From Promethearchaeota archaeon (GTDB taxonomy: Archaea > Asgardarchaeota > Thorarchaeia > Thorarchaeales > Thorarchaeaceae), in assembly GCA_027031765.1 (NCBI GenBank), contig JALVPN010000165.1, forward strand, positions 1-32,000: a stretch of DNA of 32,000 nt, in the 5' to 3' direction. The position numbers and the translations under genes were made by a program. Numbering within the stretch: position 1 is the first letter of the stretch; every line of letters begins with the position of its first letter. A model generated the notes under the pieces. It saw only the letters and a list, made by a program, of their open reading frames with translations. It was not told the DNA's origin and searched no databases. Positions 8,094-17,018 of this stretch are shown piece by piece.

Positions 8094-8621
8094 TTGCAGC
8101 TAGAGTGGCTATTCGGTTCATCATGGTGGATTGTCGGGATTATTGTCCTGCTGCTGTACGTGTGGAGCGTCACGAGAGACCACGACCGGACAGTGCGTGC
8201 ACTGAAGAGGTCTGTGCGTTTTGTGGTCAAGTCGCTCCCGTTGTTCTTCCTTGCAGTGCTCCTGATTGGGTTCATGAAGGAGATTCTGCTACCAAATGAC
8301 CAGGCAATCCTTGATGCGTTTGGCAGTGCTGGCACCGGCATCTTCTGGGCCACACTGCTGGGCTTCCTGCTGCCCGGCCCACGGTATGCAATATACCCAC
8401 TTGCTGAAGTGATGTTGGCTGCCGGTGCCAGTATCGGTGCTGTGATGGCCCTCATTGCAAGTCAGCAGCTGATTGACGTGCCAGAGGGCTGTTTTATTGA
8501 GATAAAGTACCTAGGTCCCAAGTTCTTTGCAGCCCGCTTGGTAATCGCCATTCTGACAACTCTTGCAGCAGCCTGTCTGGCCATAGTGGTGCATTCCATC
8601 GTCCCCTTGTGGCCCCCGTAG
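8094..8621 (+). CDS. DUF318/ArsP-like permease subunit 1
   Basis: Multi-TM protein with the LLPGPRYAIYP motif; paralogous to the next gene; TATA-like TTTTTAT at ~8057-8063. Confidence 0.7.
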   Translation: MQLEWLFGSSWWIVGIIVLLLYVWSVTRDHDRTVRALKRSVRFVVKSLPLFFLAVLLIGFMKEILLPNDQAILDAFGSAGTGIFWATLLGFLLPGPRYAIYPLAEVMLAAGASIGAVMALIASQQLIDVPEGCFIEIKYLGPKFFAARLVIAILTTLAAACLAIVVHSIVPLWPP

Positions 8622-8644
8622 TGCGAAGAGGTGGTGTGCTATAT

Positions 8645-9256
8645 ATGGGTGACACAGAGGTGGTCCCAACAGCAGAGCCGTACCCTGAGGGGGACGGGCG
8701 TTCACGTGCGCGGAAAGTGCTGGATGTCGTGATGGTGGAGGGCACACTCTTCGTGCTACTGCTAATATTCTTCGTGTGGGTTCTCGTCACACTGCCGGAC
8801 AGGATTGGTGCGGCCATCGACTTTTCCGTGCAGAACCTCATCGAAACAATCCCAATATTCGTTGTGGCCAGTCTGCTGGCCGGCTGGGTTGACGCCTGGG
8901 TCGATAAGGACATCGTGACCCGCTTCTTTCATGAGCGCAACCTTTTCCGTAGCCTTGTCGTAATCTCAGTCCTCGGTATTATGACGCCCGGCCCAATATA
9001 CTCGATTTTCCCAATCGTGTGGGTGCTCAGGAAAAAGGGGATCGGGTCGCACTACCTAATTGCCTATCTCACGGGGCAGACGCTCATGGGCCCGATGCGG
9101 GTGCCCCTTGAACTCTACTATCTCGGTGTCCCATTCTTCATCTTTAGGGTGTTCTCCTCAATACTCATGGGCGTGTTCGCAGGTCTGTGCACATACCCGA
9201 TTAGACGACACCTTGACCGTTCCCTCGATGAAGTGACCGCAGAGTTTGAGCGCTGA
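8645..9256 (+). CDS. DUF318/ArsP-like permease subunit 2
   Basis: MTPGPIYSIFP motif, ELYYLGVPFFIFR; multi-TM; start re-picked to ATG 8645. Confidence 0.7.
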   Translation: MGDTEVVPTAEPYPEGDGRSRARKVLDVVMVEGTLFVLLLIFFVWVLVTLPDRIGAAIDFSVQNLIETIPIFVVASLLAGWVDAWVDKDIVTRFFHERNLFRSLVVISVLGIMTPGPIYSIFPIVWVLRKKGIGSHYLIAYLTGQTLMGPMRVPLELYYLGVPFFIFRVFSSILMGVFAGLCTYPIRRHLDRSLDEVTAEFER

Positions 9257-9440
9257 GTGGCCGTCCTCGCCATCGTGTTGGATGGGACTAACAGGTCCTT
9301 CACCCTACAAGGTCAAACACACTGCATACCCTTCCTGTGTATCCCCGTTTCCCCTGTGCAGACTCGTTACACAATCCTTTTAACTGAGCTCAAGCCGTTA
9401 CCGACTCAGCTTCATCAACCTACTGAGGTAGTGGACACAA

Positions 9441-9806
9441 ATGGGCAGAGAAAAAGCCATCGGTGCGCTAATCTTCATTGTCGGACTTCTCATCTTACTC
9501 TACTACACCTGGGGTCTGTTGATACTCGTCATAATTGCTCCAGGCCTCCGCCAGGTCGTGGAGAGCATTTTCGGTGCGGGCACCATCTTGGCCAGTATCT
9601 TCGCCCCGAGCTGGGAATTGTTGGTAATACTGCCAATCTGGTTAGCTGTCTTGGTGATCTGTGTGATTGGCATGTGGATTGGGTACACCATGCTGACGAC
9701 CCCATCCATTGAAACGCCTGATGATGTCCAGTTCGACCACGAAGAATTGGAGGCCAAGACCACTGAAGAGCCCCCTGCTAGTGGGGAGTCCGAGTCATCC
9801 GAGTAG
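9441..9806 (+). CDS. Two-TM membrane protein resembling eukaryotic DPM2, with acidic C-terminal tail
   Basis: Pattern IG-x11-YYT...F-x-P...LP...IGMWIGYTMLTT; SD GAGGT and TTTTAA upstream. Confidence 0.8.
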   Translation: MGREKAIGALIFIVGLLILLYYTWGLLILVIIAPGLRQVVESIFGAGTILASIFAPSWELLVILPIWLAVLVICVIGMWIGYTMLTTPSIETPDDVQFDHEELEAKTTEEPPASGESESSE

Positions 9807-10041
9807 GACAACACCCAAACGACACTGCCCCGGGGCTCAGTATGCTGGTAGGTGCGTGGGCCGCCGGGGTGCCCCCCCCATCATGGGTCTATCCACCGAC
9901 CCCTGCAGACCATGGGCAGTCCCACAGGAGCACCAAGCTTGCAAAGTGGTGAAGGACTAGCATCTGCTGGGGTCTCTGTAGTGTATGCTGGCCCTGCGCA
10001 CGATATTGATACAACACCCGCAAATATGGTTGCATGAAACA

Positions 10042-10602
10042 ATGCCACTGTTCAAACGCAGGCACCGGAAGGAGTACCGCGAAGCTGTCAGACTGATTCG
10101 CGATGGCCGTCCAGACCGTGCAGTGCCGCTCCTCAGGGCGCTCTTACAGAGAGAGCCTGATAGCGTTGATACACTGGTCGCCCTTGCGGTCGCCCTCCTC
10201 GAGAGCAGTCCCGCCCCGTCCATGGCGAACCCCTCAACGCAGGAGGCCCTCGCCCTCCTGGACAGTGCAGCCTCACTGGCTCCCGATGACCCCACGCCGC
10301 TCTTCAACAAGGGCGTGTGTTACCGCAAAATGGGCCGTCTGGAGGACGCCCTCGATACATTCTCCGCAGTACTAGGTATCGACCGGCGTAATGCACTTGC
10401 TACACTGCACATGGCCGAGATATGCTACGAGCTGGGCCGTTGGGAGGAAGCAGTCGAGTACGCACGCGTTGCCCTCATCCGTGACCCCGGTTTTGAGGAG
10501 GCCCTACACTGGGTGCCCGATGCTATGCGTAGAGCCGGGATGCTGTCTGCGGAGTCGGGCAGTGTCGACAGCGAGTCCAATGATGAGGGCGCCGAGCAGT
10601 GA
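10042..10602 (+). CDS. Tetratricopeptide repeat protein
   Basis: TPR patterns (PLFNKGVCYRKMGRLEDALDTFSAVLGIDRRN; TLHMAEICYELGRWEEAVEYARVALIRDP); start re-picked to ATG 10042. Confidence 0.85.
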   Translation: MPLFKRRHRKEYREAVRLIRDGRPDRAVPLLRALLQREPDSVDTLVALAVALLESSPAPSMANPSTQEALALLDSAASLAPDDPTPLFNKGVCYRKMGRLEDALDTFSAVLGIDRRNALATLHMAEICYELGRWEEAVEYARVALIRDPGFEEALHWVPDAMRRAGMLSAESGSVDSESNDEGAEQ

Positions 10603-10897
10603 CCAGTCCTTACAGCTAGTCGTCCGGGATCCGGCCCTGTGCGACCCGCCATGATTTGGGGGGATCCCAGTCCATCTGTCACGAAGAACTGCCATGAGAC
10701 GGCCGGTGGGCCCTGCCACTGCCAGTCGATGCTCTGGAATCGGGCCTGTTGCCTATGTCTGGTGTATAGTGCCACTCTCGCTGGGCAGTCATTACCATAC
10801 TGCCGTCAATACCGTCGGGTCGCAACTCTTAAATTGGTTTCATCTGCCCTCCACTCTGTTCCGTTGACGTTAGCGAGTCGTCTGGTGATACAGTACT

Positions 10898-11308
10898 ATG
10901 TCATCCCGAGGAGAACCAATGTATCGCGGCTACAAGCTTGACGAGCTGGCACGGATGAGTATGGACGAACTGATCGAACTGCTGCCGTCCAGGAGGCGCC
11001 GCACCCTCAAGCGTGGACTATCTCCCCGTCAGAAGAAGCTCCTTGCAAAGATGCGTCACGCACGCAAGATGCTCCGCAAGGGCAAGGAGGTCGTGGTGCG
11101 CACTCACGTCCGTGACATGCCGATTCTCCCCGAGATGATAGACCTGCATGTTGCAGTCTACAATGGAAAGGAGTTTGTGCGTTTCAAGATCACCCCCGAC
11201 ATGATTGGTGAGGTCCTGGGCTCCATGAGCTCACCGATAAGGCCCGTCAAACACGGCAGTCCGGGCATCGGTGCCACAAAGAGCAGCCAGTATGTGCCGC
11301 TCAAGTAG
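10898..11308 (+). CDS. rps19: 30S ribosomal protein uS19 (archaeal type), stand-alone
   Basis: YRGYKLDEL, RRRTLKRG, VRTHVRDMPILPEM, VYNGKEF, HGSPGIGATKSSQYVPLK. Confidence 0.95.
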   Translation: MSSRGEPMYRGYKLDELARMSMDELIELLPSRRRRTLKRGLSPRQKKLLAKMRHARKMLRKGKEVVVRTHVRDMPILPEMIDLHVAVYNGKEFVRFKITPDMIGEVLGSMSSPIRPVKHGSPGIGATKSSQYVPLK

Positions 11309-11569
11309 GGCCAGACATGCGGTCTGCCCCTTTGGTGTGCCGCTCCAGACTTTGCCAACTGTCCGTGGTGTCCATGTCCTGCGACAAGTTGCTCTCCTTG
11401 GCCAAATACCAACCCCCAGGCCAACTCTGTCCCTGTGAGCCCGTATGGACGCCTCCCGTTCTGTCTGTGTATGTGGCCGTCATCCAGTGGGCCTACACCG
11501 TTACAAGTACCGCCATATGACCGCGGCCCACATTCTGGGAAACTCCCGGCACGGGTGGTGGCTGGCTGG

Positions 11570-12463
11570 TCACAGTACGACCTGCCGGTCCTCTGCCGTT
11601 TCCATGTTATGTCGTGCGGCCTCAAGTGTCGGGTCAAGTTCCAGTGCCCTTGCATAGCACTCCATGGCCCGCTTGATCTCCCCACGTTCCCTGTACACGA
11701 CGCCTAGGTTGTTCCAGCCATGTGGGTCGTAGGGTGCCACTTCAACATATCTCTCCAGATACATGAGGGCCTCTTGCCACCTCCCGACCATCCAGAGTGC
11801 AGTCCCGTACCTGAACAGTATGTACGGCTGGTCGTCACTTATTGAGAGGCTCGTCTCATAGAACTCAAGTGCCCTCTTGTAGTTGCCACCCTCGTAACAG
11901 AGGTGTCCCACTGTGTTGAGAGCACCTATTGACTCGGGGTGCCCCTCGATTGCCATGTTGAGGCTCAGGCACGCTGCGTTGAACCGTGACAGCTTGGCCT
12001 GGCAGATACCTCTCATCTCCCACGCCTCGTACAGGTTCTCGTCCTCCTCCACAAGTACCTGAGTAACTTTCAGGACGGTCTCACAGTCCTCATGTGCAAA
12101 GGCTGCCCTTGCAATCTCAAGCAGCACCTCAGGTTCTCGTCCTCCCCTCTCAATATAGTCCTGCACTGTCCTGCGCGCCTCACCCTGCATCCCGAGACGC
12201 ATCTCTACCAGTCCGCGACGTGCAAGTGCGCTGGTACAGCTCTGTCCACCCCTCTCGGCCTCACTGTAGCACTGATGTGCCTTTGGGTACTTGCCCTGCT
12301 CTTCATACACCCTCCCCAGCAAGAACCATGCACGGGTACAGGTGCTGTCCTTTTCGAGGGCCTCCTTCAGGGGCGCCTCGGCTGCCGCGACTTCTCCAAA
12401 GCTCAGGTACCGTTCGCCACGCGTGCACAACGCCTCAACTGTCTTGTCTACCGACTCCTGCAT
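11570..12463 (-). CDS. Tetratricopeptide repeat protein (about 8 repeats)
   Basis: AWFLLGRVYEEQGKY, AWEMRGICQAKL, HGWNNLGVVYRERGEIKRAMECYARALELDP; start re-picked to ATG 12463. Confidence 0.85.
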   Translation of the reverse strand: MQESVDKTVEALCTRGERYLSFGEVAAAEAPLKEALEKDSTCTRAWFLLGRVYEEQGKYPKAHQCYSEAERGGQSCTSALARRGLVEMRLGMQGEARRTVQDYIERGGREPEVLLEIARAAFAHEDCETVLKVTQVLVEEDENLYEAWEMRGICQAKLSRFNAACLSLNMAIEGHPESIGALNTVGHLCYEGGNYKRALEFYETSLSISDDQPYILFRYGTALWMVGRWQEALMYLERYVEVAPYDPHGWNNLGVVYRERGEIKRAMECYARALELDPTLEAARHNMETAEDRQVVL

Positions 12464-12941
12464 CTCACATCCGTCCAGTCGGTTCCTCTGGTCGGTCTGC
12501 ACAGGCACCACCCTGCCCGCATCTGTTCAGACAGTCCGTCAACACTACGGTGTCCGTGCTGTTGACAGCGCGGCGCCCTGTGCCTGACCTGCAACCCGGT
12601 ACATCCCGCCTGTTCCCTCCTCTGGCATAGCCCCTCAATTGCCCACAGCCGGTCAGTCGTGCCGTCAGTGCATGGGCCCCTCGTGGCGCTCGTGGGCCCC
12701 GGACGCCAGCCCACAACGTACAACTTGTGCAGTCCTTCCAGTGTGAAGAATACCATGTGTCCCGCACGCGATGCTATAACTGTTGTCCACACGGATTGGG
12801 ATTGGGGTCAATGCACCTGCTCCTGTGCCGGCACCGCCGGCCGGTCACCGACTGCATGTGCCCTATCACTAAGACCCCTATGACCGACCCCGTCCAATGA
12901 CAGGCACCGTGTGTACTCAGCACTAGGTCGTGGACGCAACG

Positions 12942-13397
12942 TCACAGGTCAAGTCTGATGGTCTCCCAGCGGACCCGTCCCGCCTCTACTGCCTCCTTGA
13001 TCATGCGCTCTGTCCTGCTGAGCCTTGCGCGCCCGGTCTTGACATCTGCAAGGACAACTGTGATTGGCCTGTCAGTATGGCTGTCCTTTGCGGATGTGTA
13101 ACCGTCAAAGATGACATAGTCGACGGGGTTACCAATGAACCTTGCGTCAGCCGCCTCATACCGGAACACATCCCTCAGTAGTGGTACTATCTGCTCTGCA
13201 ATCTTCCCCTTCAGGACGTGCCTGCTCTTATCGACCGCATCCTTCCTGATCCTCTCCTCCTCCTCAAACATGAGCCTCCTGAACTCCTCCTCCACATGTG
13301 CAATGCGGCTCTTCAGCCGTTCCCTCATGACAATGAGCACGAACACCGCGACCATGAGGCCAATCAGGAGCCCGATTGCTACGTCTTGGAGTGCCAT
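12942..13397 (-). CDS. Holliday-junction-resolvase-like PD-(D/E)XK endonuclease with N-terminal TM (COG4741-like)
   Basis: TM helix, then KSRHVLKGKIAEQ, RFIGNPVDYVIFDG, ADVKTG, GRVRWE; TTATAT 24 nt upstream (13421-13426), consistent with a leaderless transcript. Confidence 0.85.
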   Translation of the reverse strand: MALQDVAIGLLIGLMVAVFVLIVMRERLKSRIAHVEEEFRRLMFEEEERIRKDAVDKSRHVLKGKIAEQIVPLLRDVFRYEAADARFIGNPVDYVIFDGYTSAKDSHTDRPITVVLADVKTGRARLSRTERMIKEAVEAGRVRWETIRLDL

Positions 13398-13544
13398 GAG
13401 CCCCCACTCGTAGCAGTCAGATATAACCCCCAGTAGTACATCCGTATTGTGGTGCAGCCCAAGGGGTGCATGGCATTTCCGGAAAGGCTATCTTGGGTAC
13501 TGCAAGGTACTACTTTCAGCACTCGTGCGGAGCGCGAGACCACG

Positions 13545-13952
13545 GTGAAGACCCAGACGAAGGTCATCTGCATCGGTGCTGTCCTGCTCATAGTCCTGTC
13601 AGGCACTATCATAATGGCGGCATTTGATGACCGCGAGGGCCCGTACATATACGAGGTCGACATACTGCCGACTGAACCCTCTGACGGTGACACGGTCTCT
13701 GTAGTGATATACTGCATTGACTCATCGGGTGTTGCCAGTGCCGAGTTGCACAGTACGCTGGACGGCCAGGAGTGGGACATCCATCAGATGCGCTTCTATA
13801 CCTGTCTGTGTATAGCTGGTGGACGCTGGGTCGCACAGTTCGGCCCGGTCTCCTACAACGACTCCCCTCAGTTCTTTGTGCGCGCCTTCGACAAGTCGCC
13901 GGCACGGAACTATGCGGACACACAGGTCTTCACCATACAGGTCTCCTCCTAA
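13545..13952 (+). CDS. Exported/N-anchored small beta-sandwich (Ig-like) protein with CxC motif
   Basis: N-terminal hydrophobic segment, DREGPYI...beta-strand pattern, DSSGV, FYTCLCIAGG; start re-picked to GTG 13545. Confidence 0.7.
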   Translation: MKTQTKVICIGAVLLIVLSGTIIMAAFDDREGPYIYEVDILPTEPSDGDTVSVVIYCIDSSGVASAELHSTLDGQEWDIHQMRFYTCLCIAGGRWVAQFGPVSYNDSPQFFVRAFDKSPARNYADTQVFTIQVSS

Positions 13953-14030
13953 GGCGGGACATCTGGTGCACGAGTGTGTGGGCAAAGGCCCACGGAACGA
14001 CAGACTGGTCAATAGGAGAGTGCCACAAGA

Positions 14031-14225
14031 GTGGAGCTAAGCCGTGACAGTGCCCTGTACCTCGCCCTCATGGTGCTGGGAGTCCTCGTAGCAATTGCGC
14101 CATGGACATTTGCGCCCGTCTGTGCAGTTGAGATGCGCTGCTGGACAACACGAGACGTCGAGACCGTACTCGGTCTTGTTATTGCTGTCGTCTCGCTGTA
14201 TGGCCTGTTCAAGGGCCTGGAATGA
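14031..14225 (+). CDS. DUF4418-like small membrane protein
   Basis: Two TM helices around PWTFAPVCAVEMRCWTT (PVC..M-x-C-W motif); upstream of ABC genes. Confidence 0.65.
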   Translation: MELSRDSALYLALMVLGVLVAIAPWTFAPVCAVEMRCWTTRDVETVLGLVIAVVSLYGLFKGLE

Positions 14226-14250
14226 CTGGGTCATCATCGAGGGGGCCGAG

Positions 14251-14706
14251 TTGAACAGACAACAGCGACAGATGTTACAGGTCGTACTGGTGATACTGGG
14301 CTGTTTTGGGATCTATGTGTATACTGCACTGCAACCAGTCACTCACGTATGCGCCTGGACCGGCCTTGAGATAGTCGGCCGCGGTGGTCATGAAGTTGTC
14401 TTCTCCTTTGAGAACGGCTCGGTGCGCTACTATGCTTGTATCAACGTGTCAGTGCTTGCTTTCAGACATCTTGTGGCCACTCACGAGGTTGACCGGCTCG
14501 TGATAATCAAGGTGCGGTGCGTCGAGTGTGGGATGGTGATGGGGTGGGACGACCCAATGGTCGTGTGGATCTATCAGCCCGAATACCTGTGCCCTACGAC
14601 CAGTACGCCCACGATTGTTGCAGCCTGCAGGGGCCTCTGCGAACAGCACTTCCTCGAACGGTATGGTGGCACTGTGGTACCGTGCCCCTACGTCTGGCCA
14701 GAATGA
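14251..14706 (+). CDS. Membrane-anchored NosL-like Cys-rich metal-binding protein
   Basis: N-terminal TM; HVCAWTGLEI, FENGSVRYYAC, CVECGM, F-x-x-x-YGG near the C-terminus; 9 Cys. Start re-picked to TTG 14251 after GAGGGGG. Confidence 0.6.
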   Translation: MNRQQRQMLQVVLVILGCFGIYVYTALQPVTHVCAWTGLEIVGRGGHEVVFSFENGSVRYYACINVSVLAFRHLVATHEVDRLVIIKVRCVECGMVMGWDDPMVVWIYQPEYLCPTTSTPTIVAACRGLCEQHFLERYGGTVVPCPYVWPE

Positions 14707-14717
14707 GGTGGCACACC

Positions 14718-15122
14718 ATGAAAGGGCGTGGTATCCTCCTCTCCCTCCTGCTCCTCTCCATTGTCGTGGACCTGACAGTCCTGGTATTCGTGGGCCACAT
14801 CGGGCAGACAGTGTCATGGCCACTCGGTGACCTTGGGCCCGCAGTGATGCAGGACTCGTACTCTGTACGCTCGCCTGCTCTTGAGCTGCCGTCTGGCATG
14901 CTGGGCGACATCCCCGGTGGCTACCCGGTGTACACCGGAGTACCCCTCTACACCCCCGTCCTGCCGTGCCCGGGCTGGCCCTCCGCATCATTGGGGCTCC
15001 CCGGGCTGGCCCGTCCAGTCGACCACACTGCCCTGTTGGCTGCTGTCCTGATTGCCATTGTGCCAGTCGTTGTCCTCGTTGTCCTAGGGAGGCATAGTTA
15101 TGGGTATTCGAAGACACGTTAA
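14718..15122 (+). CDS. Hypothetical two-TM protein with Pro/Gly-rich external linker
   Basis: SD GAGGTG overlapping the upstream stop, 7 nt before ATG; N- and C-terminal hydrophobic helices. Confidence 0.6.
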   Translation: MKGRGILLSLLLLSIVVDLTVLVFVGHIGQTVSWPLGDLGPAVMQDSYSVRSPALELPSGMLGDIPGGYPVYTGVPLYTPVLPCPGWPSASLGLPGLARPVDHTALLAAVLIAIVPVVVLVVLGRHSYGYSKTR

Positions 15123-16317
15123 CCTTGGCAGCTACGCGCTTGGCAATGTACTCAAGTATGGTCCTAGGAGCGCCGTGCTGGTCCTGGCGCTGATGTTCTC
15201 CACTGCCCTCCTCTGCTCGACCGAGTTCATCCACGAGGGGGTCACTGTCGACATCTATGCCTCGGCCAGCGAGTCACCCGACATAGTCGTCCAGCGCTTG
15301 GAGGCAGGCCGTCAGGCCCTTGTCCCGCAGCAGTGGGTCAAGAATGCGAGTGTTGTCCGTGGGGTCCGCCTCGTCACACCAAGGGTCTGGGGGTACGTTG
15401 ACATCGGTGGTGGTCGGCTGGTGACCGTAATGGGTGTGAACGCCTCTGTCTATGGGCTGGCCTTCGGGGCTGTCGGCACAGATGTGCTCGACGGTGGCAG
15501 GTTCATCCAGCCGGACGACCGGGGCAAGATTGTGGTCGGACAGGGGATTGTCGACCTCATGCAGAACGCATACTCACCGGTCACAATTGGGGTGGGCTCC
15601 TCCCTCGGGATAGTGGCCTACAACGGTACCACTATGGAGTTTGAGGTCGTGGGGGTGTTCTCATCACAGGCCCGGGTCTTCAGCAACGACCTCATAGTGA
15701 CCGACCTCCAGAGTGCGAGGGACCTGTTCGGTCTCCTGAACGCTTCGGGCTTCACAGACCTGGCCGTCTGGACCGAGTACCACGAGGACATCAACGACGT
15801 CGCCTTCCGTCTGGACACCCGGCTCGCAGGCTCCCGTGTACTCACTCGTGATGCCATCCGCGACCTGCAACTCAAGGCCTACGGCGGCCGCGCAGGGGCA
15901 GTCGCACTGGTGTGGGCGACCAGCCTTGCGAGCATAGTACTCGTCGCCTTCATGGCATCAAGCGCAGCCTCTGACGAGGCCCGGCGAGAAGTGGGCCTCT
16001 TGAAGGCCCTGGGCTACGACACTGTTGATGTGATTGAGATCCGGATGTTTGAGGCTACAGTCATCAGCCTGTTCGGTGCCAGTCTTGGTGTATCGGCTGC
16101 AGTGTTCTTTGACTTCGTCCTCGGCGCACCGGGACTTGCTCTCTTCCTCCTTGGATGGAGCATCCCACTGCTCAATAACGGCATACCTCTCGCAGTGTCT
16201 GCACAGACCATATTCACAGCATACGTGGTCGCTATCACCCCGGTCATTGTTGCAACAGTGGTGCCCGCATGGAGGAACGCAATCACAGAGCCTGACACTG
16301 TGCTCAGGGGGGTGTGA
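15100..16317 (+). CDS. MacB/FtsX-family ABC transporter permease
   Basis: One N-terminal TM, large external domain (TPRVWG, FEVVGVF), RREVGLLKALG motif, three C-terminal TMs, PAWRNA..PD..LR end. Confidence 0.9.
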   Translation: MGIRRHVNLGSYALGNVLKYGPRSAVLVLALMFSTALLCSTEFIHEGVTVDIYASASESPDIVVQRLEAGRQALVPQQWVKNASVVRGVRLVTPRVWGYVDIGGGRLVTVMGVNASVYGLAFGAVGTDVLDGGRFIQPDDRGKIVVGQGIVDLMQNAYSPVTIGVGSSLGIVAYNGTTMEFEVVGVFSSQARVFSNDLIVTDLQSARDLFGLLNASGFTDLAVWTEYHEDINDVAFRLDTRLAGSRVLTRDAIRDLQLKAYGGRAGAVALVWATSLASIVLVAFMASSAASDEARREVGLLKALGYDTVDVIEIRMFEATVISLFGASLGVSAAVFFDFVLGAPGLALFLLGWSIPLLNNGIPLAVSAQTIFTAYVVAITPVIVATVVPAWRNAITEPDTVLRGV

Positions 16318-16321
16318 TGTC

Positions 16322-17008
16322 TTGCCCACCACCATACATGTTGAGGGCGTCTGGAAAGTGTATGGGGCCGGCACCCCGCGTGAAGTTGTCGCAGTGAGGG
16401 ACGTGTCGCTCAAGGCCGGGCCCGGCAGGGTCACTGCTCTCGGTGGCCCCAGCGGCTCCGGGAAGACCACGCTCCTGTGCATCATGGGCCTCCTGACACG
16501 TCCGACACGTGGTCGGGTCTTCATTGATGGCACCGACCTGACTGGCGTGTCCGAGGTCTTCAGGACGCGGGTGCGTCGCCAGAAGATTGGTTTCGTGTTC
16601 CAGGCCCAGTACCTCCTCCCACAACTCACTGCCGTGGAGAACGTGGCACTGCCGCTCCTGTGCACTGACATCTCACGTGCCGAGGCCGAAGAGTTGGCTG
16701 AAGAGCGTCTCACAGAACTCGGTCTCGGGCACCGACTGCACTTCAGGGTCGCGGAGCTGAGCGGCGGCGAGCAGCAGCGTGTGAGCATTGCCCGGTCGCT
16801 CATTAGAGGGCCCGAGGTGCTGATTGCTGATGAGCCCAGCAGTTCCATAGACGCAAGACAGACCGCAGACCTCTTGGCAGTGCTGCGTGGCATGGTCGAC
16901 AGCAGGGGTCTGGCCGTCATTGTGGCGTCCCATGACCCGCGCGTACTCGACTGGGCCGACCATGTCTACTGGCTGCGTGATGGCCGGGTCGTTGAGGCAG
17001 GTCAGTGA
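16322..17008 (+). CDS. LolD/MacB-type ABC transporter ATP-binding protein
   Basis: GPSGSGKTT, IGFVFQ, TAVENV, LSGGEQQRVSIAR, LIADEP, SHD; start re-picked to TTG 16322. Confidence 0.95.
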   Translation: MPTTIHVEGVWKVYGAGTPREVVAVRDVSLKAGPGRVTALGGPSGSGKTTLLCIMGLLTRPTRGRVFIDGTDLTGVSEVFRTRVRRQKIGFVFQAQYLLPQLTAVENVALPLLCTDISRAEAEELAEERLTELGLGHRLHFRVAELSGGEQQRVSIARSLIRGPEVLIADEPSSSIDARQTADLLAVLRGMVDSRGLAVIVASHDPRVLDWADHVYWLRDGRVVEAGQ

Positions 17009-17018
17009 CAGGCCCCCC

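Noticed and set aside
12465-12900. Possible gene or pseudogene in the ~480-bp gap between the TPR and nuclease genes
   Set aside because: All frames give Arg/Gly/Cys-rich shadow-type translations; no homology recognised.
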